Positions 24,474 to 26,733 of a stretch of DNA of 26,733 nt are shown piece after piece (within the stretch, counting starts at the first letter, position 1; each line of letters starts with the position of its first letter). The stretch comes from an uncultured Nautiliales bacterium (GTDB taxonomy: Bacteria > Campylobacterota > Campylobacteria > Campylobacterales > Nautiliaceae): NCBI GenBank assembly GCA_964514005.1, contig CAZEOW010000003.1, forward strand, positions 1 through 26,733, given 5' to 3'. The position numbers and the translations under genes were made by a program. Below the pieces are notes generated by a model. That model had not been told where the DNA came from. It searched no databases and saw nothing but the letters and a program-made list of their open reading frames with translations.

Positions 24474-26698
24474 TGAGGTTATTTTTTCTTTTTTTTTCTT
24501 TTATTTTTGCTTTTGAATTAAATATTAGTTATTTAAAAAAACCTTCTTTAGAAATTTTAACTCTTAATAGTGCTTCTCCTATTGAATGTCGAAAAAGTAA
24601 TAATTTAATAATCTGTAAGTTTAATAAGATTCCTTCTACTCCTACTTTTAAGACAAAAAGTATATATTTTGAAATAACTCCTATTTTTGATAAAAATTTT
24701 TACTTATATATAAAAGTAAAAAAGCCTTTTATTTTAAAAGGATTTAGTGGTAACTTATATAATAATGCTCTTATAAATCCTTTTAAAGTGAAAAAAGCAA
24801 AAAAATGGGTAGTTATTGCTCCTTTTTATCGAATAAAAAAAAATAAAGGATTGAATTTTTATTTTATAAATTCTCCTAGACCTTTTGTAGGAGCAGTAGA
24901 TGAGTATGGAAATCCTCTTGATATTAAAAAAAGTGCAGAAGATATTATAAAATATTTTGCGATTCAAAGAGCTTATAAAAAAAGAAAAGATGTTTTAGAT
25001 GATATTAATGAATTTTTAAAAGCGTATCAAAATTCTATTTTTGTTCCAGATATACTATTTTTAAAGATGAGTATTTTGGATAAAAATAATAAATCTGATG
25101 AAGTTATAAATATTGGTAAAAAATGGATAAAAGAGTATGCATATAATGAGTATTTGCCTAATGTGTTACTGTTAATTGCTAGAAATTATTCAAAACTTGG
25201 TTTTATGAGTGATGCAAGCTATTTTTATCAAAGAATTCTTACAGAATATCCTAAAACTGATTTTGCCTATAAAGCTATGATTTATTTGGCTGATCAATTA
25301 TATTCTCTAGGAGAGAGTAAAAAAGCATTAAAGTTATATAAAAAAGCATTATTTTCTACAAAAGATATTGAAATAGCTTCTCTTGCAGCTATGAGACTTG
25401 CTCAAAGATATATAGATAAAGGAGATGTAAAAACTGCAATTGTCTATTATCAAAAGGTTTTTGATGTTAATAAAGAGTATATTTTAAAAGATAAGAAAAA
25501 AGCTTTTGAACTTGCAAAAAATTTAGCTTTTAATAAAGTGTATAACCTTGCTATTAAAATAGGAACTGATTTATTAAGTAGACTAAAAAAGCTTGATGAT
25601 TTGTATGAACCACTGGAATATTATCTTGCTTTATGGAGTTTTAATTCTAAAAATTATAAGCTTGCTTTTAAATGGATTGATAAATATCTAAATGAGTTTC
25701 CTTATGGAGAATATAGTAATTCTGTTGCTATTTTAAGAGATAAAGTATTATTTGAGGTAGGAGATAATAATTTAACTAAACAACTTGCAAATGTAAATGA
25801 ACTTATTAAAAAGTATCACGGAAGTGAGATTGCATTTAAAGCTTTGAAAAAGAAAATAGAGATTTTAAAAAAATTAAAAAGATATAAAGAAATATTGGAA
25901 ATATCTAAGAAATCTAAGTTAGACAAAAAATTAATAAAAAAAGTTGCAAAAGAGTATGCATTAGAACTTTTACAAAAGGATAAATGTTTTGAATTTAGCA
26001 ATGTAGTAAATGAATATAATGTTGTATTACCTAAGAAGTATGATAATAAAGTATATAAATGTGCTTTTAAAGCAAGAGATTATAAATTAGCTTCTATTAT
26101 TTGCAATAAATATCTTAATTCTCCAGATGATAAAGTGTTTGTTAAATGGATGAAAAGAAAAATTGAAGCACTTTACAAGTTAAAAGATTATAAGGAGGTA
26201 GTAAAAGGAGTTGAAGACTTGTGTCAAGTAGAAAAAAGATGTTTTGATTTTAGATTAAAAGAGTTTTTTGCTTTATGGAATTTAAAAGAGTATAAACAAG
26301 CTTTAAAAATTGCCTCTTATTTAAATAAAAAAGATATTAGAGCAACAGATGCGTTTATAAAGATAATAAAATATGCTCTTAATAATAAAAATCACTTGCT
26401 TGCGGCTACATATGCTAAAAAAATTGTATTTTTACAAAACTATTTTCATAGTTATCCTTATTCACCTTTTGCAGATTTTATATATGCAAAATATACTAAA
26501 AACAAAGAAGCTGCTATTAAAGTATTAAAAGAACTTATTCAAAGAGTAAAAGGGGATAATTTAGCAAGGGCTTACTTTATGTTAGCTAATTTAACAGATA
26601 AAAAAGAGTATTTAAATAAATGTGTCAATGTAAAAAATTCAACTTTATGGAAAAAGCTTTGTAAAGAAGCATTAGAATTAATGCTTATTAAGAATTGA
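24473..26698 (+). CDS. pflA: Paralysed-flagellum TPR protein PflA (flagellar motor periplasmic scaffold)
   Basis: Signal peptide, TPRs, GLNF...PFVGAVD...P, SIF, GDNN and C-terminal C......W..LC match my recollection of C. jejuni PflA. It follows nuoN, as in C. jejuni and H. pylori. Confidence 0.85.
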   Translation: MRLFFLFFSFIFAFELNISYLKKPSLEILTLNSASPIECRKSNNLIICKFNKIPSTPTFKTKSIYFEITPIFDKNFYLYIKVKKPFILKGFSGNLYNNALINPFKVKKAKKWVVIAPFYRIKKNKGLNFYFINSPRPFVGAVDEYGNPLDIKKSAEDIIKYFAIQRAYKKRKDVLDDINEFLKAYQNSIFVPDILFLKMSILDKNNKSDEVINIGKKWIKEYAYNEYLPNVLLLIARNYSKLGFMSDASYFYQRILTEYPKTDFAYKAMIYLADQLYSLGESKKALKLYKKALFSTKDIEIASLAAMRLAQRYIDKGDVKTAIVYYQKVFDVNKEYILKDKKKAFELAKNLAFNKVYNLAIKIGTDLLSRLKKLDDLYEPLEYYLALWSFNSKNYKLAFKWIDKYLNEFPYGEYSNSVAILRDKVLFEVGDNNLTKQLANVNELIKKYHGSEIAFKALKKKIEILKKLKRYKEILEISKKSKLDKKLIKKVAKEYALELLQKDKCFEFSNVVNEYNVVLPKKYDNKVYKCAFKARDYKLASIICNKYLNSPDDKVFVKWMKRKIEALYKLKDYKEVVKGVEDLCQVEKRCFDFRLKEFFALWNLKEYKQALKIASYLNKKDIRATDAFIKIIKYALNNKNHLLAATYAKKIVFLQNYFHSYPYSPFADFIYAKYTKNKEAAIKVLKELIQRVKGDNLARAYFMLANLTDKKEYLNKCVNVKNSTLWKKLCKEALELMLIKN

Positions 26699-26733
26699 AT
26701 TAACTTTTATGTATAAGTTTATATATTTGGGTT

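Noticed and set aside
24755-26001. Short minus-strand ORFs within pflA
   Set aside because: Antisense shadows.

Overview
Very AT-rich window with no mobile elements, RNA genes or CRISPR. Gene content (PflA, Cj0377-like AAA ATPase) and composition point to a deep-sea-vent Campylobacterota, probably Nautiliaceae (inference). Left half (minus strand, 1-13247): a tightly coupled run rsmE > OmpR-type regulator > inverted-topology histidine kinase (kinase N-terminal, periplasmic FecR-FN3-TPR C-terminal) > BcsE-like c-di-GMP receptor > TPR/NTF2/beta-barrel exporter > PgaC/MatB-like GT2 synthase > unannotated 58-aa membrane protein > CE4 deacetylase > TIM-barrel glycoside hydrolase > Alg44-like PilZ-MFP protein (truncated by the window edge). 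I read this as a synthase-dependent exopolysaccharide system mixing PNAG-, cellulose- and alginate-type parts, with homopolymer tracts at both two-component starts. Right half (plus strand): AAA ATPase, then an 11-subunit complex I-like operon (nuoA, B, CD, H-N; no E/F/G) whose catalytic motifs look Fpo/MBS-like rather than quinone-type, then pflA. Family assignments come from motifs read by eye and recalled family knowledge; no searches were run.
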